A DNA stretch of 64,000 bases. It comes from an uncultured Acidobacteriota bacterium. Lineage in GTDB: Bacteria; Acidobacteriota; UBA6911. How positions within the stretch are numbered: the first letter of the stretch is position 1; each line of letters opens with the position of its first letter. The stretch covers positions 1 to 64,000 of the forward strand of contig CAWHCF010000008.1 of assembly GCA_963827655.1 (NCBI GenBank), given 5' to 3'. Under the pieces are notes generated by a model. It was not told where the DNA came from, did no database searches, and was given only the letters and a program-made list of their open reading frames with translations. Below, one piece after another: positions 45,103-55,709 of the stretch. The translations under genes were made by a program, and so were the position numbers.

Positions 45103-46323
45103 ATGCCGGCTTATACCTACCGCGCCAGTACCTCGGAGGGAAAGATCATCGAGGGGACGCTCGAAGCGGCCGACGGCGGAACCGTCGCGGTGAAACTCCA
45201 GGACATGGGTCTGTTGCCGATTCGCGTGGGCGTCGCCTCCAGGAAGGCGGGTCTGAACCGTGAAATCGAGTGGCCCTGGACCCGCAAGCGAGTCCGGCGC
45301 AAGCACCTCCTGGTATTCACGCACGAGCTCCACACGCTGGTCAAGTCGGGGTTCCCCCTGGACCGCAGCCTGGCCGTTCTGGCCCAACTGGCTGAAAGCA
45401 AGACGCTGTCAGAAATCGTTCAGGATGTGTTGAACGAGATCAAGGGAGGGAAGTCGCTCTCCGAAGGCATGGGGAAATACCCCGAAGTTTTCCCCAAGGT
45501 ATACGTCAACATGGTCCGGGCGGGCGAAGTCGGCGGAGTGCTCGAGGAGATCCTGGGCCGCCTTGTGATGTTTCTGGAGACCAGCGAGAACCTGCGTTCT
45601 TACATGATCGGTGCCTTGATCTATCCGGTCTTGCTCGGGGTCGTCGGCCTGGTGAGCGTCACGATTCTTACCCTGTTTGTGGTCCCGAGGTTCGCCGGGA
45701 TCTTCACCGATATGGGACTTCCGCTGCCGCTGCCGATGGCCATTCTGAAGGGGCTGAGCGATTTTCTGATGCAGTATTGGTGGCTCGTGATCACGGTTGT
45801 GGGGGCGCTGGCAATTTACCTGCGCCGCTACAGGTCGACTGTGGAGGGACGCGTCCGCTGGGATCGATGGATGCTGAAACTGCCGCTGCTGGGTCTGGTT
45901 CTGCAGAAGGTTGAAGTGGCGCGGTTTTCGAGAACCCTCGGCACTCTGCTGCACAGCGGTGTTCCCTTGCTGCAGGCCATGACCATCGTGCGGGAAATCA
46001 TCGCCAACCAGGGCATCGCGACCATGATCGAACCTATTCGCAACGGAATCAAGAAGGGAGAAGGCATCTCACAGCCCATGAAGCAGAGCGGAGTCTTTCC
46101 TCCTCTGGCGATGCATCTGGTCGAGGTGGGCGAAGAGTCAGGCAAGCTCGATTCCATGTTGATTCAGGTGGCGGAAGTCTACGACAACGAAGTGCGGAAC
46201 TCGGTCAAGAATCTAATCGCCTTCTTCGAGCCGGCGTTGATCCTGCTTATGGGAATCATCATAGGCACCATTGTGGTATCGATGCTGCTCGCGATTTTCA
46301 GCGTTAACGACGTTCCTCTATGA
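45103..46323 (+). CDS. gspF: Type II secretion inner-membrane platform protein
   Basis: GKSLSE, AGEVGG, ALIYP, VGEESG, EP. Confidence 0.95.
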   Translation: MPAYTYRASTSEGKIIEGTLEAADGGTVAVKLQDMGLLPIRVGVASRKAGLNREIEWPWTRKRVRRKHLLVFTHELHTLVKSGFPLDRSLAVLAQLAESKTLSEIVQDVLNEIKGGKSLSEGMGKYPEVFPKVYVNMVRAGEVGGVLEEILGRLVMFLETSENLRSYMIGALIYPVLLGVVGLVSVTILTLFVVPRFAGIFTDMGLPLPLPMAILKGLSDFLMQYWWLVITVVGALAIYLRRYRSTVEGRVRWDRWMLKLPLLGLVLQKVEVARFSRTLGTLLHSGVPLLQAMTIVREIIANQGIATMIEPIRNGIKKGEGISQPMKQSGVFPPLAMHLVEVGEESGKLDSMLIQVAEVYDNEVRNSVKNLIAFFEPALILLMGIIIGTIVVSMLLAIFSVNDVPL

Positions 46324-46377
46324 CGGCGGAGACGCGATAGAAGGTGGCGAAGGAAAGGATCAAGGAGGCAACATCTC

Positions 46378-46902
46378 ATGACTACGTTATCAGTCGGAAA
46401 AGACGCTGACTACTTTGCACAATCCTGGCCCGGAACGGTTTGCCTCCGGCCCGGGCGAGCTGGAACGGGAGCAGCCGTGGACGACGAAAGCGAGTCCCAA
46501 CGCGGATTCTCGCTGATCGAGTTGATCGTGGTCCTGGTAATCCTGGGACTCCTGGCTGCGGTGGTCGCTCCTCGCGTCTATGACAAGCTGGCGAAAGGGA
46601 AAGAACAGATCGCGCGCATCCAGATCAAGGAAATCGACGGAGCCTTGCAGCTCTTTTCCTTTGACATGGGGCGTTTTCCCAATTCGAGCGAGGGCCTTGA
46701 AGCGCTGGTACGCAATCCAGGGAATATCGAGGCCTGGCGTGGGCCTTATCTGAATAAGGCGGAACTGCCGAAAGATCCCTGGGGCAAGGCTTATATTTAC
46801 CGATCCCCCGGACTTCACGGGGACTACGACCTCTTCTCCTTCGGCCCTGACGGCGTCGAGGGGGGAGACGGCGAGAATTCCGACGTCGCAAATTGGAAGT
46901 AG
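46378..46902 (+). CDS. gspG: Major pseudopilin (start may be downstream)
   Basis: G|FSLIELIVV, GLEALV..WRGPYL..DPWG..Y.Y..PG, SFGPDG. Confidence 0.95.
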   Translation: MTTLSVGKDADYFAQSWPGTVCLRPGRAGTGAAVDDESESQRGFSLIELIVVLVILGLLAAVVAPRVYDKLAKGKEQIARIQIKEIDGALQLFSFDMGRFPNSSEGLEALVRNPGNIEAWRGPYLNKAELPKDPWGKAYIYRSPGLHGDYDLFSFGPDGVEGGDGENSDVANWK

Positions 46903-46947
46903 CAGCAGGCGGTAGGCAGAGGGGCGGCAGATGGTAGAGAGGAAGCG

Positions 46948-47475
46948 GTGATGCTGTTTTCAGGCATTCAACCCGAAGATACCAGGGCCGAGACGAGGTT
47001 CTTGCGCGAGCGGGGCTTTTCGCTCCTGGAACTGGTGATGGTTCTGATCGTAATCGCGCTGGTCCTGGCTGTGAGTTATCCCGCGCTCTTGCGGGGCAGC
47101 GCGACGCTGCACCTTCGCGCCTCCGGGCGCGACGTTGTCAGCACCCTGCGACACGCCCGTGAAACGGCCATTACCCAGCAAACCGGCTCCCGAGTCGTAT
47201 TGGACCGGGATGCCCAGAAGGTAACTCTTACCGACGAATTGGGCGATGGAGCGCGAAGCTTCTCACTACCTCGAGACGTGAAGATCCATCGGCTGGCCCT
47301 GGCGGGCGTAGAGATTGCCCAGGGGCCCCTCGTGGTTCGATTCCTCCCTAACGGGAGTTGCGAAGATGCGGAGATCATGCTTCGTTCCGAGACGGGCGCC
47401 ATCCTGACCGTGGTCACGGATCCCATGACCGGAGGGGCTCGGATCGTGACCGACTCAGCCGGAAGGAATCGATGA
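46948..47475 (+). CDS. gspH: Minor pseudopilin
   Basis: G|FSLLELVMVL and F.PNGS; gene order. Confidence 0.85.
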   Translation: MMLFSGIQPEDTRAETRFLRERGFSLLELVMVLIVIALVLAVSYPALLRGSATLHLRASGRDVVSTLRHARETAITQQTGSRVVLDRDAQKVTLTDELGDGARSFSLPRDVKIHRLALAGVEIAQGPLVVRFLPNGSCEDAEIMLRSETGAILTVVTDPMTGGARIVTDSAGRNR

Positions 47476-47918
47476 GACACAAACGAAAACCCGACGCGTC
47501 CGGCTTCACTCTTCTTGAAGTTCTGGTGGCTTTGGCCGTCCTTGGGATCGGCGTGGCCCTCACGCTTTCGCTCATTACCGGTTCTCTGGGCAATATCCGG
47601 AAAGTCCAGCAGCGAACGCGCAATATGCACTATGCGCAGACCGTTATGGAACTAACCCTGCTGGACGATTCGATTCGGAGGCCGACGGCTCTGCGAGGCG
47701 ACTTTCCTGACGGTACCTTGTGGAGCGCCGAGGTCGCTGATTACGAGATACCGAGAGACCAGCCCCTCAATCCACGGCAGATGCCAATGCCGGTAAAACT
47801 TCTCCTCTATTCGGTGGAAATCAGGTCTCCTGAGTCCCCAACGCCCGATTTCCGCCTGGAAACATTGAAACTGATCAGCGTCCAGGAGCGACGACTGGGG
47901 CCGGGAGCGGCGCGCTAA
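47472..47918 (+). CDS. gspI: Minor pseudopilin
   Basis: G|FTLLEVLVAL; gene order. Confidence 0.8.
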   Translation: MRHKRKPDASGFTLLEVLVALAVLGIGVALTLSLITGSLGNIRKVQQRTRNMHYAQTVMELTLLDDSIRRPTALRGDFPDGTLWSAEVADYEIPRDQPLNPRQMPMPVKLLLYSVEIRSPESPTPDFRLETLKLISVQERRLGPGAAR

Positions 47919-47919
47919 C

Positions 47920-48681
47920 ATGAAACGCGGTCGAAAAACAGATGACGCCGGGTCGAACGAGCGAGGATTCACTCTGCTCGAGATAGTGATCGCCGTCACT
48001 CTTGTCGCCTTGATGGCCGTCGCGCTCTGGTCGGTGTTTCGCATCAGCCTGACTTCCTGGACTCGAGGCTCCGAGTTCATCGATGCTAACCAGCGGCATC
48101 GAAGCGTTCTCGATATGGTAAACAGGCAGATGGCCTCCACATTCGGGCCCATTGCTCCGATCGATCTCCAGACCGGAGGTGCGATCTACCCGATCTTCGT
48201 CGGCAAGAGCGACAGCGTGCAGTTCGTCAGCCTCAGCTCGATCCGTTTCATGGAGAACCCTGGCCTGACCATGGTTTCCTACGACGTCGTCTCCGGCGAC
48301 CAGGGGACGTACTCACTGGTCGAGCGCGAAGAGCAATACCGTGGGCTTGATCCCGGCCGCCAGAGCATATTTGATCGCAACGATGAAATTGTGACGACGA
48401 TCTTCGAGAATCTCGTCAGCTTCTCTTTTGAGTATTTTGATTCGGGTTCGAACCAGCGACCGGCCGGATGGGTCTCGGAATGGAGCGGGCGTGAGGCAGG
48501 TCGCCTGCCGGAGGCGATTTCGATGACCATGATCGCCAGGGATGCCAGCGGCGGCCAGCTGAACCGGCACATGGTGGTGCCGATAATGGCGAGACATGTC
48601 GATCCGCGCCTCGCTTTTGTGAATCCCTTTGACACCAGGCCGAGAAGGTTCAGTGAAGATGATCCGCGCAGCCAAAGATGA
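47920..48681 (+). CDS. gspJ: Minor pseudopilin
   Basis: G|FTLLEIVIAV and C-terminal W..LPEAI. Confidence 0.82.
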   Translation: MKRGRKTDDAGSNERGFTLLEIVIAVTLVALMAVALWSVFRISLTSWTRGSEFIDANQRHRSVLDMVNRQMASTFGPIAPIDLQTGGAIYPIFVGKSDSVQFVSLSSIRFMENPGLTMVSYDVVSGDQGTYSLVEREEQYRGLDPGRQSIFDRNDEIVTTIFENLVSFSFEYFDSGSNQRPAGWVSEWSGREAGRLPEAISMTMIARDASGGQLNRHMVVPIMARHVDPRLAFVNPFDTRPRRFSEDDPRSQR

Positions 48682-49654
48682 TCGGGGCGTAATTCTGATC
48701 GCGCTCCTTTGGATTCTGGTGGCGCTCTCGGTAATTGCCTTGAGCTTCTCGCGCGAGAGTTTTGTCGAGGTGGCCGTGGCGCGTAATGCGCGCGATATGG
48801 GGGATGCTTACTATGTGGCGCGCGCCGGGATTGCCGCGGCGGTTTACCGGCTGTCGGAAAAGAGGTTTGCCACGCCGCCGGTTCAGGGGGTGGAGTTGCC
48901 GGGCGCGCCGGACCCCGTGGAGCTGGGAGAGTTGCAAGGCGATTTCGGTGGCGGGAGCTTCAAGGTTGAGATCCAGGACGAGTCCGGGAAGATCAGTCTG
49001 AATATTGTGGGCGAGGAATACCTGCGCTCGTTGGTCGAGTCGGTGGGAATCGGCAAGCCGGACTCAGACGTTATCGTGGATTCCATCATGGATTGGCGCG
49101 ATGTCGACACGGCCCACCGGATCAACGGAGCAGAGGATGCCTACTACCAGTCGCTCCCTCGCCCTTACAAAACGAAGAATGGACGGATCGAGAGCGTCGA
49201 GGAGCTGCTCCTGGTGCGTGGAGTCACGCGAGACTACTTCTATAGCCACCGGGAGAAGGGAGCGGACGGCGCTGCGGTCAGTCGCTACGGCCTGTCCCGG
49301 TATTTTACCGCGTATTACAACTCCAACCGGATCAACGTCAACTCGGCGCCTCTCCAGGTGCTGATGGCGATTCCCGGGATGCCGCCTCAGGCTGCCGATC
49401 ATATTTACCAGCGACGCAAAACCAAGCCGTACAGGACGCAGGCTGAGATCACGCAGGATGTCGCCGTACCCCTGCCGCCGACTGTCGCTCCTCTTCTCAG
49501 TACCGACACAACCGGCACGTACACGCTTACGGCATCGGCCCATATGCAGGGTTCCAAGGTGCAGCGAGTGATTCGTTGTGTCGTTAACCTCGATCCAAGG
49601 GAGCCAAACTGGTACCGGATACTGTATTGGAACGAGAACATTCCAAATCTCTGA
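48659..49654 (+). CDS. gspK: Minor pseudopilin
   Basis: G|VILIALLW, DESGKISLN, DWRD, GAEDAYY, EELLLVRGV, INVNSAP. Confidence 0.92.
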   Translation: MIRAAKDDRGVILIALLWILVALSVIALSFSRESFVEVAVARNARDMGDAYYVARAGIAAAVYRLSEKRFATPPVQGVELPGAPDPVELGELQGDFGGGSFKVEIQDESGKISLNIVGEEYLRSLVESVGIGKPDSDVIVDSIMDWRDVDTAHRINGAEDAYYQSLPRPYKTKNGRIESVEELLLVRGVTRDYFYSHREKGADGAAVSRYGLSRYFTAYYNSNRINVNSAPLQVLMAIPGMPPQAADHIYQRRKTKPYRTQAEITQDVAVPLPPTVAPLLSTDTTGTYTLTASAHMQGSKVQRVIRCVVNLDPREPNWYRILYWNENIPNL

Positions 49655-49754
49655 CGGGGCGTAGCATGGGAACAGGAACCTTTTTTCGCTCGGGACGATT
49701 TTCACGCCGGTACGCCGTCCCCCGTTTTCGTACCCAGAACGCAGAGGGCGCTCG

Positions 49755-51146
49755 ATGATCTATCTGAAAACAAGCATCGGTGTCGAGATAAGAGGAAATG
49801 ATCTGCTCCTGTCATGCCTGAGGAGCAACTTCTCTGCCGCCGTATTCACACGCTTTGGGCGCATCCGAGATTTCAAGACGCGGGACAAGGCCGAGGTGCG
49901 CGGTGAGATCGATCAGTTTCTCAAGGGGCAAAAACTCGGTCGCGAAAACATAGTGCTCGGGATTCCACGGCAGGACGCGATCATTCGCCACCTGGATCTC
50001 CCGCGCGAGGTGGCCGACAACCTCAAGCAGGTCGTCCTTTACCAGGTCCAGGCCTTCGAGCCGACCGAAGAAGAAAAATTCTACTTCGACTATGCCTCTC
50101 TGTCCGGCAAGGAGGCGACGAGACTTCTGGTTCTGGTTGTGATGATCCGGAAGTCGGTTCTGGACGGCTATCTCGAGACACTGCGCGAATTCGGCTTGCG
50201 CCCGCTCTCGGTGATGGTCAGTTCGATCGCGTTGGCGAACTTGTTTCTGCAGACGCAAACCGACCCCCGGGGGAAGACCTTCGTCCTGGCCGATATTGCG
50301 CCCGAGGGAATTGAAGTGCTGGCCCTGCGCGACCGCGCGCTGGTGTACTCAAAACGGTCGGTCAAGCAGGAAGGGCAGACTCTGAGGGATACTCTGCGGC
50401 GCGAGGTTGAACTGGCGGCAGGGAAGGTGCGCCTCGGCCCGGAGGATACGATCGAAAAAATTGTCCTGACGGGTGAGGAATCCGAAACCGCGCAGCAGGA
50501 AGTGATTCAGGACCTCGGGGACTGCGAGCTGCTCTCCTCCGGTATCCAATTTGAAATGCCTGATGAACAGTACGCTCACCTGCAGGAAGGGACCACGTCG
50601 CTGGGTTTGGCTTACTCGGGAATCGTCAGGCGCCCGCCCCTGAAGCTGAACCTCTTGCCGGCTGAACTGCAGGTTCAGCAGACGCGCTGGGCCTATGTTC
50701 CTTCGATAATCCTCGGCGCGCTTATCGTAGTGCTGCTGGTCGGTCTGGGTTTTCGGCAGATGATCCAGGAGCAGATTATGGAAAGAAAGATAGATCAGGA
50801 GATCAGTGCTGTTACCGGTCGAGTGAACCAGGTTCAGAAGCTTCAGGCTCAGGCTAAAGCTCTGGAGGATCGAATTACTTATCTCGAGGGGCGCGTACGC
50901 AACCGGGATACAAATCTCGAGCTCCTCCAGGAACTGACCACGATCCTGCCGCAAGACACTTTTCTGAACATGTACACGAATAGAGACTGCACGATTACGA
51001 TCAACGGGGCGAGTTCATCTCCTGACCTTATGGCAAAACTGGAGCGGTCCCCTTTGCTTAAGAACGTCGTGCAGCGCGGCGAGGTTTTCAGGGATGTGCA
51101 GACCGGCAAAGATCGGTTCACTCTCGAAGCCAAGTGCGAGAAGTGA
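49755..51146 (+). CDS. gspL: GspL-like protein (PilM-like cytoplasmic domain plus PilN-like periplasmic domain)
   Basis: Actin-like N-terminal part, LNLLP before the TM, coiled coil, ELTTILP; gene order. Confidence 0.75.
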   Translation: MIYLKTSIGVEIRGNDLLLSCLRSNFSAAVFTRFGRIRDFKTRDKAEVRGEIDQFLKGQKLGRENIVLGIPRQDAIIRHLDLPREVADNLKQVVLYQVQAFEPTEEEKFYFDYASLSGKEATRLLVLVVMIRKSVLDGYLETLREFGLRPLSVMVSSIALANLFLQTQTDPRGKTFVLADIAPEGIEVLALRDRALVYSKRSVKQEGQTLRDTLRREVELAAGKVRLGPEDTIEKIVLTGEESETAQQEVIQDLGDCELLSSGIQFEMPDEQYAHLQEGTTSLGLAYSGIVRRPPLKLNLLPAELQVQQTRWAYVPSIILGALIVVLLVGLGFRQMIQEQIMERKIDQEISAVTGRVNQVQKLQAQAKALEDRITYLEGRVRNRDTNLELLQELTTILPQDTFLNMYTNRDCTITINGASSSPDLMAKLERSPLLKNVVQRGEVFRDVQTGKDRFTLEAKCEK

Positions 51147-51149
51147 GCA

Positions 51150-51222
51150 CGATTGACGATTTACGATTGACGATTGACGATTTGAACTCAATCGTCAATC
51201 GTCAATCGTCAATCGTAAATCG
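51150..51222. repeat. Palindromic array of heptamer repeats (GATTGAC)n / (CAATCGT)n
   Basis: Seen directly. A related half-array lies at about 20059..20092. Confidence 0.85.
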
Positions 51223-51238
51223 AAAGAGGGGGTAGGTT

Positions 51239-51826
51239 GTGAAGATTTCGATTCGAGAGAAAAGATTCCTGGCGATCGGCGGCGGCGTGATTTTTCTTAC
51301 GATCTTCTTTTTTATCGCCGATGGCCTCATCCCGAGCGGCACGACGGTGTCCCGGAACCTCGATCACAAGAAGAAGCTCCTTCTCAAATACAGGGAGATA
51401 CTGGGCCAGGAGGCTGCATCCAAGGCGCGCCTGGAGGAGTGCAGACAAAGGCTTCAAGACGCTGAAACGCGCCTGCTGCCGGGCGACAATCCCTCCATTG
51501 TGGGAGCGGAGCTGCAAAAGACGCTGATGGATATCGCGGCCAGAAACCAGGTCGAAATAATGCGAAAGAATATTCAAAAGGAACAAAAGCTGCAGGAAAA
51601 CCTGATCAAAATCTCGGTCCGGGTGGACGTCAACTGCCAACCCGAACATCTGGTGCAGTTCCTGGCCGAGGTCGGCAATTATGACAAACATCTGACGGTC
51701 GACGAACTCATGATCACGAGCTACCGGATCCAGAAAAAGATCGAAATCAGGCCGGCCATCACGGTGTCGGGCTACATCCGGGGTTCGGAAGCGCCGCCGG
51801 CGGACAAGATCGCCAGCGCAAAGTAG
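51239..51826 (+). CDS. gspM: GspM/PilO-like protein
   Basis: REK-TM, coiled coil, L..FL..V; gene order. Confidence 0.75.
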   Translation: MKISIREKRFLAIGGGVIFLTIFFFIADGLIPSGTTVSRNLDHKKKLLLKYREILGQEAASKARLEECRQRLQDAETRLLPGDNPSIVGAELQKTLMDIAARNQVEIMRKNIQKEQKLQENLIKISVRVDVNCQPEHLVQFLAEVGNYDKHLTVDELMITSYRIQKKIEIRPAITVSGYIRGSEAPPADKIASAK

Positions 51827-51891
51827 CAGGAGCCTATGAGATCACCCAGGCGGGAAAAAAAATGGCGGCGCCTCTAATAAGGAATTAGGGT

Positions 51892-52822
51892 ATGACGAAG
51901 AAATGGATCGCTGTGAACCTGGGGCTGCTCATGATCGCCGGACTGGTATCCTGGCGGCTCTACGTTCTAGTTGCGGGTTTCCGGGCGGGTAACGACCCGG
52001 CCAAGATTCAACCGGTCCGCGATTTGAAGCTGCAGGCCAAATTGCCCGGCGGATTGGCGGCGCCCAAGCAGCTCCGCCGCTACAATCCAGCGGAATTCCA
52101 GACCATTCCCAATCAGAACCTGTTTGCCGAGTCGCGTTCCAACCAGCCGCCGGAAGAGCCGGCGGCCGTAGTGCAGGTGGTTCCCGAACTGCGCGCCAAA
52201 CCGATCCTGGTCGGAATCACGGTCGCCGGTGACCTCCGTCTGGCGTCCATTATCGAACCGGGACTCCCGGGGGCGCCGGCGAACGAGTCACGACGCAGCA
52301 AAACCAAGCGGGTCGGGGATGTCTACCAGGGCTATACCATCGTGGATATTACCGAGGACCAGATGATCCTGGAAAACGGCCCGCGGCGTGAAGTGATCCC
52401 TCTGTTCGATTCGACCAAGGCACGCCCTCAGGGAGGCAAGACACCCATAGTGGCCACTCGAGTGGTCAATTTCGGTGGCGGCGGCGGTACCGCACCCGGT
52501 AAGCCAGACCGGACCGGGAGTCGTAACCATGGGCAGTTCCGCACAGCCCCAGGGCCAGCAAGCTCCAGGTCAGCCGGCGACGGTCAATCAGATTTTCGGT
52601 CCTGCACAGGCGGCGCCGCCAGGTGCGCAATCCGGTACGGGGCGAACTGGCGCTCAGACGCAGCCGGGAAGGCAGACGCCGGGAAATACACCCCAGGCAA
52701 CCGCGCCGGCTCAACCACCGCCCGCCTGGAACGAGCGGATCGACGATCAGGGACGGCGAGTGATTCGAACGCCTTTCGGAGACATCATCCGGGACAAACC
52801 TGCTGAAAAACCACCCCAATGA
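51892..52822 (+). CDS. GspC-like protein with Pro/Gln-rich tail (frameshift near 52490)
   Basis: N-terminal TM, NLF, LVGI and RVGDVYQGY HR-like domain; lies immediately before gspD. Confidence 0.6.
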
Positions 52823-55687
52823 AGAGTGAATCGAGAAGGTCCCAGAACCTTAGAGGGAGTTTACTTGCAATGCATAAGCCTAGAAATTCAAAGCGAGCTC
52901 TTGTAATCCTCATCGCGGTCATCGCCGCCGGACTCACTGCCACGGGCGAGGCGAACCTGGCGCAGGAGCGGCCACTTCCCCAGATGCCGGAAGATGAGCG
53001 CAGAAAGCTGCTCGAAACAATCCGAGACCAGGCGCAGAAGGCGCAAGAGGCGCAAAAGGCTCAACGGGATGCCTTGCAGAAAGCCGCGCCCGGGGCTCAG
53101 CCGGTTCCGGGGGCTCAACCGGTTCCGGGCGCGCCCGTGGTCGTGACGACTACGGCTCCTCCACCTCCGCTGGTCAAGCGCGCACCCCTCGCCGCCAACC
53201 AGGTCCAACTCAGTTACGACAACGCCGATCTCTATGAGTTCATCAATCAGATTGCGGACGCTCTCGGGATTACCCCCATCGTTCTCGATCCTCAAATCAA
53301 GGGCTCGGTAACCATCCACAGCTCGGCGCCCATGTCGCGCGACGACATCTTTCCCTTGTTCAATATGATTCTCAAAAACAACAACGCCGCGCTGGTGAAG
53401 CAGGGAAATATTTATCAGATCGTTCCGATTTCCGACGCGCTCAAGAGGGGTCTGGAAACCATCGAGCACCTGCCGCCAGAGCCGGCCGAGCAGCCCAAAG
53501 AAGAACCGCCGGTTGCCGCCAAGCCAGACGCGGCCTCCGGCAGCGCCGCTTCTGCCACCCAAGCCCCCGCGCAGCCTGCAGCTCCTCCGCCTCAAGCTCC
53601 GGCGCAGCCTGCAGCCCCTCCGCCTCAAGCTCCGGCGCAGCCTGCCCCGCAACCTCAAGCTCCGGCGCAGCCTGCCCCGCAGCCTGCTACCCCACCGGGC
53701 CCGGGCGCGCCCGGGCCACAAACAGCGCCTCCCGCCGGCCAACCCCAGGCTGCGACTCCTTCGAGCCAGCAGAGCAGGGCTCCGCGACTGGCCACTCATG
53801 TGATTCGTCCGGAATTTGTCCCGGTGAGAGACTTGATCGACCCCATGAAGCTTTTCATGACCGATGGGGGCGTGGTTATGCCCTACGATCGTCTCAATAT
53901 GCTGATTCTGACCGACTATTCGGACAGCGTGCAAAAAATCATCGATCTTGTGCGTATGCTGGATAACAGCTATTTGAATGCCGACCTGATCGAACTTATC
54001 AACATCAAATACAATGCCTCGGCCGACGTCGCCGACGATTTGAAAAAGATCTTCGGGTCAGGGAGCAAGGATTCAACTACCGGCATCTCCTTTCTCTCGC
54101 TCGATCGACTGAATTCGATCCTGGTAATGGCGAGTTCAAAGCGAGCTCTCGGCGAGGTCAAGCGCTGGATCGAAAAGCTCGACGCCACGACCGGCCGGTC
54201 AATTCAGACCTTCATCTACATGGTTGAAAACTCTACGGCCGCCAATATCGCCGCCATTCTTGGAGCGCTTTACGGAGGGGAGGGCGGCGGCGGCGGCGGC
54301 TCCGGACAATCCGGACAGCAAGGAGCGCCTGGTGGTGGTCCCTTCGGACAAGCTGCTCCCTTTGGATCTGGTCGCGGAGGAGTACAGGGCGGTGACTCAG
54401 GGAGGCGCCCAGGGTGCGGCGACGCCCTTTGGTGGTGGCGGTGGCGGTGGGGGCGGCATTCGGGGGAGGGGCCAATCCATATGGGGGAGGCATGGGAGGC
54501 GGGGGTGGAGGGATGTACGGCGGCGGCGGCGGGGTTCGGCGGGCAGGGCCAGTTCGGCGGTTATGGGGGTGGTGGCGGAGGGGCTTTTGGTACCGGGCAG
54601 CAGCTGGGTCCCCGTCTGAATCCGTGCGCGGGAACGACTGCGCAGGTTTTTCGGGGAGGCGCTATTACCGGCCTGCAAGATACCGTGCGCGTCGTGGTCG
54701 ACGAGATCAACAATTCGCTGATCATCCAGTCCAGCGCCGCCGACTATGCCTATATCCTGGAAGTCATCAAGAAACTGGATGTGCTCCCGCGCCAGGTGAT
54801 TATTGACGCCCGCATCTTCGAAATAGACCTGACGGATGCCTTCACCTTCGGTGTTGCGGCTACTCTTCAAGCGCGGGGAGCCGGTCCCCATCTGACAACA
54901 GGAAGTATCAATGGGACGAGCGGCCTCGTGGCCAACACTTTCGCCTTCATCGGGAATTCGCGTGAGCTTCTCCTGGCGCTGGATACGCTTCGACAGAAGA
55001 CCAAGGTAAAGATTCTGGAAGCTCCTGCCGTCCTTGCCTTGGATGGTACGCAGGCGAGCATCGTGGTCGGTGGGGAGGTGCCGTATCCAACCGGCTCATA
55101 CATCCCGGGCGTTTCGGGTGGAACCGTCACCAACGTTCAGTATCGGGAAACGGGTGTCACCCTCCTTGTCGTTCCCCGTATTTCGGGTTCCGGAACCGTT
55201 ACACTTGCCATAGCGCAGGAAGTAAGCGCGCCTGGCGCCCCCACCCTGCAGGGTCCTACTTTCAATAAGAGCAGCGTATCAACCACGCTGGCCGTCAAGG
55301 ATGGTGAAACCGTAGCGATTGCGGGGCTGATTCGGGACTCCAACAATTCCGTCGCGCAGCGGCGTGCCCCTGCTTTCTGATATTCCCGTGGTCGGCGCTC
55401 TTTTTGGACGGACAAACAGAAGCGCAAACCGGACAGAACTTCTGATTTTGATTACGCCTCACGTGATCAAGACTCCGGAGCGATTCCAGGAGCTGAGCCA
55501 GGAGCTGAAGGATTCGTTGCGGAATGTGCGCAAATTTGTTGACGATTTTCAGGACGATCATCTCAAGGATATGGAGGACGCGCAGAAGGATAGAATAAAG
55601 AGGGAAGAGAAGATGCAGAAGAAATCGGAGAACCCAGAACGCCCGGAGCCCGCCGAAACCGGAAGCGGCCGTGAGAAGACGCGATGA
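52819..55687 (+). CDS. gspD: Type II secretion secretin (frameshifts in G-rich region and near 55360)
   Basis: N0 (NADLYEFI..GSVTI), LDVLPRQVIIDARIFE, YRETGV, VKDGETVAIAGLI, then PLLSDIPVVGALF..RTELLILITP. Confidence 0.92.
53560..53685 (+). repeat. Coding tandem repeat in gspD (33/33/30/30 bp; QAPAQPAAPPP / QAPAQPAPQP)
   Basis: Seen directly. Confidence 0.9.
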
Positions 55688-55709
55688 TTGAGGTGCTCTG
55701 TGATGCCGG

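Noticed and set aside
51150-51222. CRISPR array
   Set aside because: These are contiguous 7-bp units without unique spacers, and there are no cas genes in the window.
54380-54540. Phase variation at G-runs in gspD
   Set aside because: The indels compensate within a G-rich stretch, which is typical of homopolymer miscalls. It cannot be supported without reads.
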